DNA from: Candidatus Marinacidobacterales bacterium
GTDB taxonomy: Bacteria; Acidobacteriota; Vicinamibacteria; Marinacidobacterales; DATDRI01
Reading direction: 5' to 3'
Assembly: GCA_965226495.1 (NCBI GenBank)
Contig: OZ245365.1
Location: forward strand, 4,288,001-4,352,000
Length of the DNA: 64,000 nt
Shown here: positions 20,575-29,946 of the stretch, piece by piece
Numbering within the stretch: position 1 is the stretch's first letter
How the letters are laid out: every line of letters starts with the position of its first letter
The notes under the pieces: generated by a model
What the model was told of the DNA's origin: nothing
Databases searched by the model: none
The model's input: the letters and a program-made list of their open reading frames with translations, nothing else
Program-made: the position numbers and the translations under genes

Positions 20575-21609
20575 TCACGCCGCCCATGGTAAAAGCACCA
20601 GGTTTCCCTTGACTTGGTTTGCTGCAATGAGCCGGTGGGCCTCCGCGGCCTCGCGCAAGGGAAGTACGCGATCGAGAACGGGCCGGATATGACCCGCTCG
20701 CACCTGCTCGATCCCCCACCGATAGTCGGCGACGTCGCCAGACACCGTTCCGCGCAGTTGCTTCTGGGGGAAGAAAAAGCTCCTGACATTGAAAGTCGCC
20801 TCATGGCCCGTTACGAATCCAGCAACAACCACGATGCCGCGGAGCTTGACGGCCGCGGCGGACTGAGCCACGAAATCCCCGCCCAAGTAGTCAACGGCCA
20901 CGTCGACTCCCCGGCCATCCGTCCACTGCCGAACTCGCTCGACAAGGTTTTCCTTGAGCGTGTCGATGACGAGGTCGGCACCGAGAGTCTCCGCAAACTC
21001 GCCTTTGGCGTCGTCGCGGACCGTCGTCGCCACTTCCGCTCCCAAAGCCTTGGCCACTTGGATGGCGAGAGTGCCGGTAACGGAGGACCCGGCGGTGATC
21101 AGCACACGGTCTCCCTCCTTCACTTCCCCGACGACTCTCACGGCACGGACTCCGGCTGGCATCACGGTCGGGAGGGTTGCTAATTCTTCGGGCGAGAGGC
21201 CGCTGTCGTCCCTGAGGGTCCAGCGGGCAGGCACTCTGATGAATTGGGCGTAGGTGCCCCAGGCTCCCATTCCCGTGAGGCGCCAGCTGGGCGCCGAAGC
21301 CATCGGCGAAGCGTCGACGTTTTCTTCCTCCGTGGGGTAACCGGACATCGGTACCACCCGGTCCCCGATCTCGAACCCGTCGACGCCTTCGCCGATGTCC
21401 GCCACTTCCCCGACCGCGTCCGACCCCAAGACGTGAGGCATCGGAATGTCTTGGGTGACCGAACCCTCGCGCAGATAGTGGTCCAGGCGGTTGACGCCGG
21501 CGGCGAGGATCTTGACCAAGACGTGGCCCGGCCCCGGACGAGGAGTTTCGACGTCCTCGTAGCGAAGCACTTCGGGCCCTCCGAACTTCCGCATGACCGC
21601 GGCTTTCAT
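20575..21609 (-). CDS. MDR-family NADPH:quinone oxidoreductase / Zn-independent alcohol-dehydrogenase-like protein
   Basis: [36 protein letters not shown]. Confidence 0.88.
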   Translation of the reverse strand: MKAAVMRKFGGPEVLRYEDVETPRPGPGHVLVKILAAGVNRLDHYLREGSVTQDIPMPHVLGSDAVGEVADIGEGVDGFEIGDRVVPMSGYPTEEENVDASPMASAPSWRLTGMGAWGTYAQFIRVPARWTLRDDSGLSPEELATLPTVMPAGVRAVRVVGEVKEGDRVLITAGSSVTGTLAIQVAKALGAEVATTVRDDAKGEFAETLGADLVIDTLKENLVERVRQWTDGRGVDVAVDYLGGDFVAQSAAAVKLRGIVVVAGFVTGHEATFNVRSFFFPQKQLRGTVSGDVADYRWGIEQVRAGHIRPVLDRVLPLREAAEAHRLIAANQVKGNLVLLPWAA

Positions 21610-21664
21610 TCCTGATTACCTCCGTACCGAAGAACTCTGTTGCTGTCCCACGGTCGTCATATAG

Positions 21665-21708
21665 GCAATGGTTGTGCCCGATCGATCATCTGGCGTAACT
21701 AACTGATA
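21665..21708 (-). promoter_or_regulatory. sigma54 promoter and IHF site for the MDR-hydrolase operon
   Basis: Minus strand GGGCACAACCATTGC (GG-N10-GC, 21665-21679); TATCAGTTAGTTA (21696-21708) matches the IHF consensus WATCARNNNNTTR. Confidence 0.75.
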
Positions 21709-21737
21709 CCACTAGGATTGGGTCGGTAGCCACGCAG

Positions 21738-21797
21738 GCGAAATCTCGCGGATCAGCGAGATTTCGCGTTGACAGGGCGCGAGATCTCGCGCATACT
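21738..21797 (+). promoter_or_regulatory. Three GCGARATYTCGC palindromes (putative UAS) overlapping the activator's leaderless sigma70 promoter
   Basis: GCGAAATCTCGC 21738, GCGAGATTTCGC 21756, GCGAGATCTCGC 21779; TTGACA 21769, 17 bp, CATACT 21792; GTG start 21805. Confidence 0.75.
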
Positions 21798-21804
21798 CTG
21801 AACC

Positions 21805-23448
21805 GTGACAGACAGAGGCCGCGGCGATGGGTCGGAGTTCGAATCGCTCAAGCAGATCCTCCTCGACATGGCTCACGAGCGCTCGTTGCCCGCTCTCTTG
21901 AGTCTTCTCGCTGAGCGGTTGCGGAATCTGCGAGAGGTTGCTCTCGCCCGCATCTGGTTGATCCGGCCCGGCGACCTGTGTGCTACTTGCCCGGCCCGAC
22001 CGGAGTGCCCAGACCAAACCCGTTGCCTACACCTCGTCGCCAGCGCCGCCCGCCAAATAAACCCGGACAGCGGAACCGATTGGTTCCGAATGGATGGGTC
22101 CTACCGCCGGTTCCCCCTAGGAATTCGGCATATCGGAAATATCGGAGCGACAGGCGAGCCTCTGTCGCTGGATGACACCGCCGCCGACCACGAATGGTTT
22201 GCTCGCGGCGATTGGCTGAAGAAGGAGGGCGTCAAGAGCTTCGCTGGGCAGCCCCTGATATTCCGAAGCGAGATTCTAGGAGTCCTGGGTGTCTTCCGGC
22301 GTGCCCGCTTCGACGATCAGGAGTTCATGTGGTTGCGCGCCTTCGCCGACCACGCCGCCGCCGCCATCGCCAACGCGCGCGCCTTCGAAGAGATCGAAAG
22401 TCTCAAAAAACAGGTCGAGCTGGAAAACGAGTATCTTCTGGAGGAGGTCAAAGCCGCACACGCCTTTGGACACCTCGTAGGATCGAGCCCGCCGCTCCTC
22501 CGAGTCATCGAGCAGATCGAGATGGTCGCACCGACCGATAGCAGCGTATTGATACTGGGTGAGTCAGGCACCGGAAAGGAGTTGATCGCCCGGGCCATTC
22601 ACGACCGAAGCAAACGGAGTGGGCGCCCGATGGTCAAGGTCAACTGCGGGGCAATCCCCAAAGAGCTGTTCGAGAGCGAGTTCTTCGGACACGTGAGGGG
22701 TGCGTTCACGGGGGCGTTGCAAGATCGAGTGGGCCGCTTTCAACTCGCCGACCACGGGACGTTGTTTCTAGACGAGGTTGCCGAAATTCCGTTGGACCTT
22801 CAGAGCAAATTGTTGAGAGTCTTACAAGAGGGCACGTTCGAGCGCGTGGGCGACACAAGAACTCGAAAGGTAGATGTTCGAGTCATCGCCGCGACGAATC
22901 GAAGCATGGAAAAAGACGTCACCTCGGGGCGCTTTCGCGAAGACCTGTATTACCGCCTGAACGTCTTTCCCATAACTGTCGCTCCGCTCAGAGAGCGCAT
23001 CGAAGACATTCCCGCGCTCGCTGCGGACTGCCTGCAAAAGGCTTCCAAACGGTTGGGAGTGCAGCCACCCAAGCTGAAACAGAGCCACGTGCAGACTCTA
23101 CAGAGTCACGACTGGCCGGGGAACGTGAGAGAGCTGCAGAACGTGATCGAACGCGCGATCATTACCGCTCGCTCTGGCGTTCTCAAATTCGACTTGCCCG
23201 AGATGGCGGGTCGCGACCGCCAAGATACAGAAACCTCGGGCGGACAGAGGAAAGGGCAAGAGATTCTAAAGGATGAGCAGGTCAAGCACCTTGAACGCGA
23301 AAACATCCTCGCCGCCCTCGAGCAAACGAGTTGGAAGATTTCGGGAACCGGAAGTACCGCAGAGGTATTGGGGTTGAGTCCTTCGACCTTGAGGTCCCGT
23401 CTCAAGGCGATGGGTATCCATACCGGCCAAACGCGCCGGCGTATGTGA
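21805..23448 (+). CDS. GAF-domain sigma54-dependent transcriptional activator (FhlA/Fis-like)
   Basis: GESGTGKE, ESEFFGHVRGAFTGA, FLDEV, WPGNVRELQN, C-terminal HTH. Confidence 0.95.
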   Translation: MTDRGRGDGSEFESLKQILLDMAHERSLPALLSLLAERLRNLREVALARIWLIRPGDLCATCPARPECPDQTRCLHLVASAARQINPDSGTDWFRMDGSYRRFPLGIRHIGNIGATGEPLSLDDTAADHEWFARGDWLKKEGVKSFAGQPLIFRSEILGVLGVFRRARFDDQEFMWLRAFADHAAAAIANARAFEEIESLKKQVELENEYLLEEVKAAHAFGHLVGSSPPLLRVIEQIEMVAPTDSSVLILGESGTGKELIARAIHDRSKRSGRPMVKVNCGAIPKELFESEFFGHVRGAFTGALQDRVGRFQLADHGTLFLDEVAEIPLDLQSKLLRVLQEGTFERVGDTRTRKVDVRVIAATNRSMEKDVTSGRFREDLYYRLNVFPITVAPLRERIEDIPALAADCLQKASKRLGVQPPKLKQSHVQTLQSHDWPGNVRELQNVIERAIITARSGVLKFDLPEMAGRDRQDTETSGGQRKGQEILKDEQVKHLERENILAALEQTSWKISGTGSTAEVLGLSPSTLRSRLKAMGIHTGQTRRRM

Positions 23449-23460
23449 CTGGAGTCGACT

Positions 23461-23913
23461 ATGACGGGTTCATATCTTGCTCAAGATGAGAACTATATGC
23501 GCCGCTGCATCGAGCTCGGGCGCGCGGCCTCGACGGAGGGAGAATCCCCTGTCGGGTCGCTCGTCCTGCGCGACGGGCGTGTCATCGCCGAAGCCAGCGA
23601 GGCAACCATGAGGGACTTCGATGTGACCGCGCACGCGGAGATCCTCGCGATCCGCGGAGCCACACGCGCCGCCCGTTCTGCCGATTTGAGTGGGTGTACG
23701 CTCTATACGAACGTTGAGCCTTGTGTTCTCTGCTCGTACGCGATCCGAAAATCCCGAATCGACAGGGTGGTCATTGGCATCCCCGCCGGCGCGTTGGGAG
23801 GCCTCAGCTCGAGCTATCCCATCCTCCGCGACGCGGACATTTCATCCTTCGGAGCCCCGCCCGCCATCACCCAAGGGGTTTTAGCGAGCGAATGCGGAGA
23901 AGCTATCTCTTAG
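23461..23913 (+). CDS. Zn-dependent nucleoside deaminase (TadA/guanine-deaminase-like)
   Basis: HAE and EPCVLC motifs. Confidence 0.88.
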   Translation: MTGSYLAQDENYMRRCIELGRAASTEGESPVGSLVLRDGRVIAEASEATMRDFDVTAHAEILAIRGATRAARSADLSGCTLYTNVEPCVLCSYAIRKSRIDRVVIGIPAGALGGLSSSYPILRDADISSFGAPPAITQGVLASECGEAIS

Positions 23914-25222
23914 AACGCCGGCTGGGCCGGGAACCGAGTTCCTTGGGTAGGCTGGCGCCAGCGTTTTTGCCCCCGCCGCTCGCCAAGTCCGCCAGATCGA
24001 TACCGGTCGCGTTCTTCATTTGCTCGAGCATCACCACCGCGCTCCGGGTGAGGTTCTTGACGTAGTTGGACATGCCCTCGCCGTCGCCGCCATCGAGAAT
24101 GGTCAGCTTGTCGATGTGCAAGTTCTCGGCGATGACCCGGGTCACCTTGTCGAGAAGCTCGGGCAGCATCCGGATGAGAAAAAGCTCCCGCGTGGCGCCA
24201 TCTTCCCATTGAGCCCGCATCAACTCCACGGCCTCCGCAGTGGCTTTTCCATTTTCGAGAATCCTGGCCGCCTTGCCTTGAGCTTCGAGAAGCATCGCCT
24301 GGCTCCGAGCCTGTGCGGGGACGACGGTGTCGGCCTGCTCGCGCTGGATGCTGAGCTCGGCGCGCTTGCTCTCGAGATCGATCTGCTCTTCCGCACGCGC
24401 GATGTCGCCGGCGACCTCGGACTTTTGCTCGGCCCGGTTGGTTTTGGCTTGTAAGTCGGCACGCTGCACCGCGAGGGCGTTTTCTTCCTTGACGATCACC
24501 ATGTCGGCCTGGATCTCGGCCTCACGGCCCTTACGTCGTTGCTCGGCCGCCACCTGCCGAGCTTCGGCATCCGCTTCCGCTTCCGCGATTTGCGCGTCGC
24601 GACGGACCACGGCGTTGCGCTGCCGGCCGATCGCTTCCATGTAGCCCTGATCGTCGGAGATGCTTTGGATCTCGAAGATGTCGAGCACGATGCCGAGTCG
24701 GCTCAAATTGGTGCGCGCCCGCTGAGCCACTTGATCGGCAAGCTCGAGCCGTTGCGCGTTTGCCTCTTCGGGGCTGACCGCGGCCACCACTCCACGAAGC
24801 GAGCCTTCGAGAGTCTGCTGTGAGGTCCGAACTATCGCGTCGCTGCCTTTCCCCAAGAAACGCTCGATGGCGTTTTCCAGTCCCTCCTCCGAGCGTCCGG
24901 CAAGCTTGACGTTGGCCCGCGCCTCGATGGTGACTGGAATCATCCCCTTGCACATCGCCTTAGGAAGACGGAGCTCGATGGGGGTCGTGGTAAGAGAAAG
25001 CCGGGCCACCGATTCGAGAAACGGCCACTTGAACCCGCGGCCGCCGCGGAGGACCCGATAGCCGACCCTCGCGCCGTCCGGCAAGCGGCGCCTTCGGCCG
25101 GACAGGATCACGATCTCGTTCGGCTGGCAGATGACGATGTTCGTCTTGATAAATGTAAGCAGTAGGATTACAGCAAGAACCCCCAGCCCCACTGCAATAC
25201 CAATAATTTGTGCTTGATCCAT
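23903..25222 (-). CDS. Flotillin/SPFH-domain protein
   Basis: N-terminal TM helix, SPFH domain, Ala/Glu-rich coiled coil (AEAEADAEA). Confidence 0.9.
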   Translation of the reverse strand: MDQAQIIGIAVGLGVLAVILLLTFIKTNIVICQPNEIVILSGRRRRLPDGARVGYRVLRGGRGFKWPFLESVARLSLTTTPIELRLPKAMCKGMIPVTIEARANVKLAGRSEEGLENAIERFLGKGSDAIVRTSQQTLEGSLRGVVAAVSPEEANAQRLELADQVAQRARTNLSRLGIVLDIFEIQSISDDQGYMEAIGRQRNAVVRRDAQIAEAEADAEARQVAAEQRRKGREAEIQADMVIVKEENALAVQRADLQAKTNRAEQKSEVAGDIARAEEQIDLESKRAELSIQREQADTVVPAQARSQAMLLEAQGKAARILENGKATAEAVELMRAQWEDGATRELFLIRMLPELLDKVTRVIAENLHIDKLTILDGGDGEGMSNYVKNLTRSAVVMLEQMKNATGIDLADLASGGGKNAGASLPKELGSRPSRRSKR

Positions 25223-25253
25223 TGCTCTAACCTCTCGGTGTCGAAACGCACCC

Positions 25254-26691
25254 CTACACGCCGTAATACAAAGAGAACTCGCTCGGGTGCGGGCGCAAAC
25301 GAATAAAGTCGATCTCTTGTTTGCGCTTCAGCTCGATCCAGGTCTCGATGAGATCGGGCGGGAACACGTTGTCCTTGAGGAGGAACTCGTGGTCCCGTTC
25401 TAAAGCTTCGATCGCCTCGTCCAGTGAACCGGGTGTTCTCGCGATCGCATCACCTCGTTCCGTGCCGGCGAGCTCGTAGATGTCTTCGTCGATGGGCTCG
25501 GGCGGTTCGAGCTTCTTCTGGATACCATCGAGACCGGCCATGAGGATCGCAGCAAAAGCGAGGTACGGATTGCAAGACGGATCCGGCGTGCGAAACTCGA
25601 TACGCTTGGCGGCGGGGCTCGTCGCGAACATGGGTATCCGGATGCAGGCACTTCGGTTTCGCTGCGAGTAGACGAGGTTCATCGGTGCCTCGTAGCCCGG
25701 CACGAGTCGACGGTAGGAGTTCGTGGTCGGGGCGACGAACGCGCAAAGCGCTGACGCATGCCTTATCAGCCCACCGATGAAGTGGCCCGCCATCTCGCTG
25801 AGATCGGCATAACGGTCCGTCTCATAAAAGAGGTTGCGGCCGTCCTTCCAGAGGCTCACGTGAACGTGCATGCCGGAGCCGTTCTCCTCGAAGAGCGGCT
25901 TGGGCATAAAAGTCGCAGTCTTGCCATAGCGGTGAGCGACGGTTTTGATCACGTGCTTGAACTTGATCGCGTTGTCGGCCGCGCGCAAGAGGGTGCCGAA
26001 ACGGAAACCGATCTCGTTTTGTCCAGCGGCGGCGACTTCGTGATGATGGAGCTCGACGTCGATGCCGACTTCCCTCAAGATCGTGGACATCTTCGAGCGC
26101 AGGTTCTGGTAGGCATCGACCGGCGAGGCCGCGAAGTAAGCCAGCTTGCGCCCTGCCCGGTGGGCGAGATTAGGCTCGCCTCCCTTACCCGTATTCCAAA
26201 AAGCGCCTTCGCTATTGACGAAATAGTAGCCGTGCTGCGTCGCCTGGTCGTAGCGCACATCGTCGAAGACGAAGAACTCGAGCTCGGGACCGAAAAAGGC
26301 ATCGTCGGCGATCCCCATTGACCGCACCAGGCGCTCGGCCTTGCGGGCCACACCACGGGGATCGCGGCTGTACGGCTTGAATCCGGCCGGATCGATGACG
26401 TCGCAAAAGACCGAGATCGTGGGATCGTCGAAAAACGGATCCAGAAACATCGAGCCCGGATCCGGTAAGAGCTTCGATATCGCTCTCGTTGATCTTCTGG
26501 AAACCGCGCACCGATGAGCCATCGAACCCGACTCCTTCTCGGAAGGAGCCTTCGTCCACGCCCTCCACCGGAAAGGTCAGGTGTTGCTGCATGCCGAATA
26601 GGTCGACGAACTTGAAATCGACGAACTGAATGCCCTTGTCGCTAATGGTTCGAAAGACGTCGCGGGCAGTAGTGACGCGCGTTTTGCTCAT
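25254..26691 (-). CDS. glnA: Glutamine synthetase type I (apparent 1-nt frameshift near 26476)
   Basis: FDGSSVRGFQKINESD, GPELEFF, HHHEVA, FMPKP..NGSGMH, NSYRRLVPGYEAP; removing one base from GAT ATC GAA restores D-M-K-L-L-P-D. Confidence 0.93.
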
Positions 26692-26711
26692 CTTAATCTA
26701 TCGAGTTCCTG

Positions 26712-27050
26712 CTACTGTACGGTCCGCTCTCCCCGTTCACCGGTGCGAATGTTGATTACGTCGTAGAGCTCGGTGACGAAGATGATCCCGAAGCCGCCGC
26801 TTTCTTGTCCACCCCGTACGATCGCGTCGATGGCTCTCTCCACCATTTCTTCTTTGAGCGGGAGCTCGATGCGGATCTTTTGGAAGAGAGACACCTCGTG
26901 AGGAACGCCGCGAAAAATACGCACCTCGGCGCCCTCGGGGGCGGTGCCGAGGATGTTGGTGCAGGTCAAGTGCTTGATCTGCGCCTCGAACAAGGCGCTT
27001 TTCACCGCCGGAAACTGTTGCGGCTGGATGACGGCAACGACCATCTTCAT
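26712..27050 (-). CDS. PII-family nitrogen regulator (GlnK position, divergent sequence)
   Basis: MKMVVAVIQP..., KIRIE, IRTGERGE; 112 aa, between amtB and glnA. Confidence 0.88.
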   Translation of the reverse strand: MKMVVAVIQPQQFPAVKSALFEAQIKHLTCTNILGTAPEGAEVRIFRGVPHEVSLFQKIRIELPLKEEMVERAIDAIVRGGQESGGFGIIFVTELYDVINIRTGERGERTVQ

Positions 27051-27069
27051 GACATTCCTACTCTTCGGG

Positions 27070-28410
27070 TCACTCGGTCGTGAAAATCTGGAAGCCGCTG
27101 TACGACTCCATACCGTGCTCTGCGATGTCCAGACCCCGCAGCTCATCTTCTCGCGAGACGCGGAGGCCAATGACCGCATCGATGGCACGGAAGACGACCC
27201 ACATGGCGATAGCGGTGAAACCGAGACAGGCCATGATGCCCAGCGACTGGATGCCCAACTGCCCGAAGCCGCCACCATAAAAGAGTCCGTTGCTCGGCGC
27301 CCCGAGCGCCTGTTGGCCAAACAAACCCACCGCCAGCGTGCCCCAAATCCCGCAGAGACCGTGCACCGGGAAGGCGCCGACTACATCGTCGATCCGGAGC
27401 CGGTTGAGCCAGTCGATGCCGTAGACGACCAGGATACCGGCGGCGATGCCGATGTAGATCGCGGCGCCGTCGCTGACCACAGCGCAGGGAGCCGTGATGC
27501 CCACCAGGCCGGCCAAGGTGCCGTTGAGCGCGAGGGCAAGATCGGGTTTGCCGAACTTGAGCCATGCCGTAAACATCGCCGCCGCGGAGCCCGCCGCCCC
27601 AGCCAACGTCGTGTTCATCGCGATACGCCCGACCGCCAACGGATCCTCCATGCCGAGTGTGGAGCCGGCGTTGAAGCCGAACCAGCCAAAGAAAAGAATG
27701 AACACACCGAGGGTCACCAACGGCATGCTGTGGCCGCCGATGAAGCGGGCCGAGCCGTCGGGGTTAAACCGCCCGATGCGCGGCCCCAGCATCCACGCGC
27801 CGACCAGAGCGGTCACGCCGCCCACCCCGTGCACCACCGTGGACCCGGCGAAGTCATGGAAATTCAATCCTGCGAGCCAGCCACCTCCCCATACCCAATG
27901 ACCGACGACCGGATAGACGAACGCCGTGATGAGGAACGAGTACACCAGGTACGACACGAACCGCATGCGCTCGGCCACCGCGCCAGAGACGATCGTGGCG
28001 GCCGTTCCGGCGAAAACAGCCTGGAATAACCAGAAGACGGGCAGCGGGAGGGTCTCCAACGGGGACGCGTCCATGCCCATGAGGAACCAGCCGGAGGTGC
28101 CCACGATGAGCCCCCCGGTGCCGTACATGATGGCGTAGCCGAACGCGTAGAAACCCAGGATCGCGAAGCAGAAGTCCAGCAGGTTCTTCATCAGGACATT
28201 GGCCGCGTTCTTCGCTCGGATCAATCCGGCCTCGACCATCCCGAAACCCGCCTGCATGAAGAACACCAGGATAGCGGCGAGAAGCACCCAGAGTGTGCTC
28301 AAGCCATCGTAGCTGGGCTCCGCCGCGGGGGCAGCTTGGGAGGCAAAAGCGCCAGAAGAGGCCAGCGCCCCCAGAAGGACCGCTAGCCCGACAAAACTCT
28401 TGCTTTTCAT
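27070..28410 (-). CDS. amtB: Ammonium transporter
   Basis: FFMQAGF, SGAVAER, DFAGSTVVH, GWFGFNAGS, IDDVVGAFPVHG. Confidence 0.96.
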   Translation of the reverse strand: MKSKSFVGLAVLLGALASSGAFASQAAPAAEPSYDGLSTLWVLLAAILVFFMQAGFGMVEAGLIRAKNAANVLMKNLLDFCFAILGFYAFGYAIMYGTGGLIVGTSGWFLMGMDASPLETLPLPVFWLFQAVFAGTAATIVSGAVAERMRFVSYLVYSFLITAFVYPVVGHWVWGGGWLAGLNFHDFAGSTVVHGVGGVTALVGAWMLGPRIGRFNPDGSARFIGGHSMPLVTLGVFILFFGWFGFNAGSTLGMEDPLAVGRIAMNTTLAGAAGSAAAMFTAWLKFGKPDLALALNGTLAGLVGITAPCAVVSDGAAIYIGIAAGILVVYGIDWLNRLRIDDVVGAFPVHGLCGIWGTLAVGLFGQQALGAPSNGLFYGGGFGQLGIQSLGIMACLGFTAIAMWVVFRAIDAVIGLRVSREDELRGLDIAEHGMESYSGFQIFTTE

Positions 28411-28704
28411 CGACGTCCCTCGTGTGTCAAGAGAGATGCGAACCGACCATCAACGTCCGCTATGCAAACTGCGGAATCTTATACCCATCTCGCTTGACGA
28501 TGTCTAGTATCTGCGATGCGAAAGACTGGCAGGGCATGCGTAGAGCCGAATTTGTTCGGATGGGTCCGATCTGCTAGCCTCGTTCAACTTCCCACCTGCC
28601 GCCTCGGACGAGAAGACCAACTTGGTGTGGACGTCGGCGAGCAAAAAACGGGCAGAGCAGGAGCGAAGAGTCTGAGTCTGAGTCCGAGCCCAGCCGCAAT
28701 TCTA

Positions 28705-29607
28705 ATGAGTAGTCCACGAGTCGAGTTTGATGTGTGGGGTGCCCGGGGTTCCCGTAGCCTCGTTCCGCCCGCCTCGACCATTGGCAACAACACGTCGTGC
28801 TACTCCGTCCGTCGGGGCGAAGACCTGTTCGTGCTCGACGGTGGACGCGGTCTGGGTGCCCTGGCCTCAGCGATGGCCGCGAAAGAGCGCTTCGAATCCG
28901 TCAAACGAGTGCATCTCTTCGTCAGCCACGCTCACATGGACCACTGGGAAGGACTCAAGGATACGGACTGGTTTTGGCAACCACAAAATGGCTTGGAGCT
29001 GAGCGTCTTTGGAAGACCGGAGGCTCTCCGCACGATCCGGAAAGCCTACGGTCATCCCTCCTATGTTCCCATGGAGGTGTTAGCCGAACGGACTCTGGGT
29101 CAACTTCGCTTCGTTCCGCTTCCGGTACGATCTCGTCGTACGCTTCGAGGTTGGACGTTGCAATCCTATCCATTGAATCACTACAGCGGAGGAGGAAAGA
29201 AGAAACACAAGCTGGACACGATCGGATTGCGACTTTCAATGAAAAACGGGCCGACCATCTGCTATCTGTGTGACCACGAGCCTACCGAAGGAACGCGACC
29301 GTTAGAGCTCCGGATGCTGGCCACTGCCCACCTAGCCGTCATTGATGCCCACTTCCCCGACATCGACGACCACGCGTTCGGGCACGGCTCGATCGAGCAT
29401 GCCGCCGAAACGGCCAGACAGTTCCCCCGACTTCTGGTGCTTGCCGGCCACTACGCGCCGATGCTGTCGGATCGCCAGATCCGAGACGCCAGCCAACGAC
29501 ACGGCGAGGGACTTCCCAACTTTCGCCTTGCCGTGGAAGGGACGAGCTTCTGGTGGGATGCAAAGAAAATGGTGTTTCGAGAGCGGCGACCGAAGAGGCA
29601 ACAGTAA
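28705..29607 (+). CDS. MBL-fold metallo-hydrolase (WGxRGS type, phosphodiesterase-like)
   Basis: WGARGS, GNNTSC, SHAHMDHWEG, CDHE, GHGS. Confidence 0.85.
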   Translation: MSSPRVEFDVWGARGSRSLVPPASTIGNNTSCYSVRRGEDLFVLDGGRGLGALASAMAAKERFESVKRVHLFVSHAHMDHWEGLKDTDWFWQPQNGLELSVFGRPEALRTIRKAYGHPSYVPMEVLAERTLGQLRFVPLPVRSRRTLRGWTLQSYPLNHYSGGGKKKHKLDTIGLRLSMKNGPTICYLCDHEPTEGTRPLELRMLATAHLAVIDAHFPDIDDHAFGHGSIEHAAETARQFPRLLVLAGHYAPMLSDRQIRDASQRHGEGLPNFRLAVEGTSFWWDAKKMVFRERRPKRQQ

Positions 29608-29609
29608 CT

Positions 29610-29650
29610 ACTGGCCTTGTTTGACTGTTCAGTCTGTGCAGGGGTATTTT
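29610..29650 (+). promoter_or_regulatory. Kinase-associated promoter module, copy 1
   Basis: ctggccttgtTTGACTgttcagtctgtgcaggggTATTTT, nearly identical to 32372-32410. Confidence 0.6.
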
Positions 29651-29666
29651 CACCCTTAACGATAAT

Positions 29667-29922
29667 GGCTTCCTTCCTTTTTTCCCTCTCCCCTTGTGGG
29701 ATAGGAGGGCGTCAAGGAATGCCGTGCTGCTATCAACGACGTCAGACCTTTATACCCTCTCCCCATTTGGGGAGAGGGTAGGGTGAGGGGCTCTGATGTC
29801 TCTCGACCCCGGCACCAAGCTGGGTCCAACAATTCTTAGTTTGACGAGGCCCGTGTGTGAACTTGCCTCGTCGCTCGATCTCCCCCGCTCCCCGTTTACG
29901 GGGAGAGGGATGGGGTGAGGGG
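29667..29922. repeat. Cluster of CCCTCTCCC...GGGAGAGGG..GGGTGAGGG palindromic REP-like units
   Basis: Units at about 29683, 29755-29790 and 29882-29922; same family as 49793-49892, including the shared ggcttccttcc flank. Confidence 0.75.
29796..29827 (+). pseudogene. 5' stub of a kinase gene (MSLDPGTKLGP)
   Basis: atgtctctcgaccccggcaccaagctgggtcc matches the start of the kinase at 32430 (atgtcactcgaccccggcactaagctgggtcc). Confidence 0.7.
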
Positions 29923-29946
29923 CCACTCCTCGGCCATGGAAAGCAA

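Noticed and set aside
26460-26490. Programmed frameshift in glnA
   Set aside because: No slippery sequence at the site; a single extra base inside ATG is the simpler explanation.
26944-28029. Long antisense ORFs (this one, also 39441-40538, 50344-51399, 4055-4978)
   Set aside because: Shadow ORFs of GC-rich genes with no recognisable motifs.
28668-28690. GAGTCT short tandem repeat
   Set aside because: Only 3-4 imperfect units, intergenic, with no evidence of function.
29857-29946. N-terminal extension of kinase 1 (SPAPRLRGEGWGEG)
   Set aside because: It is the translation of a REP-like palindrome.
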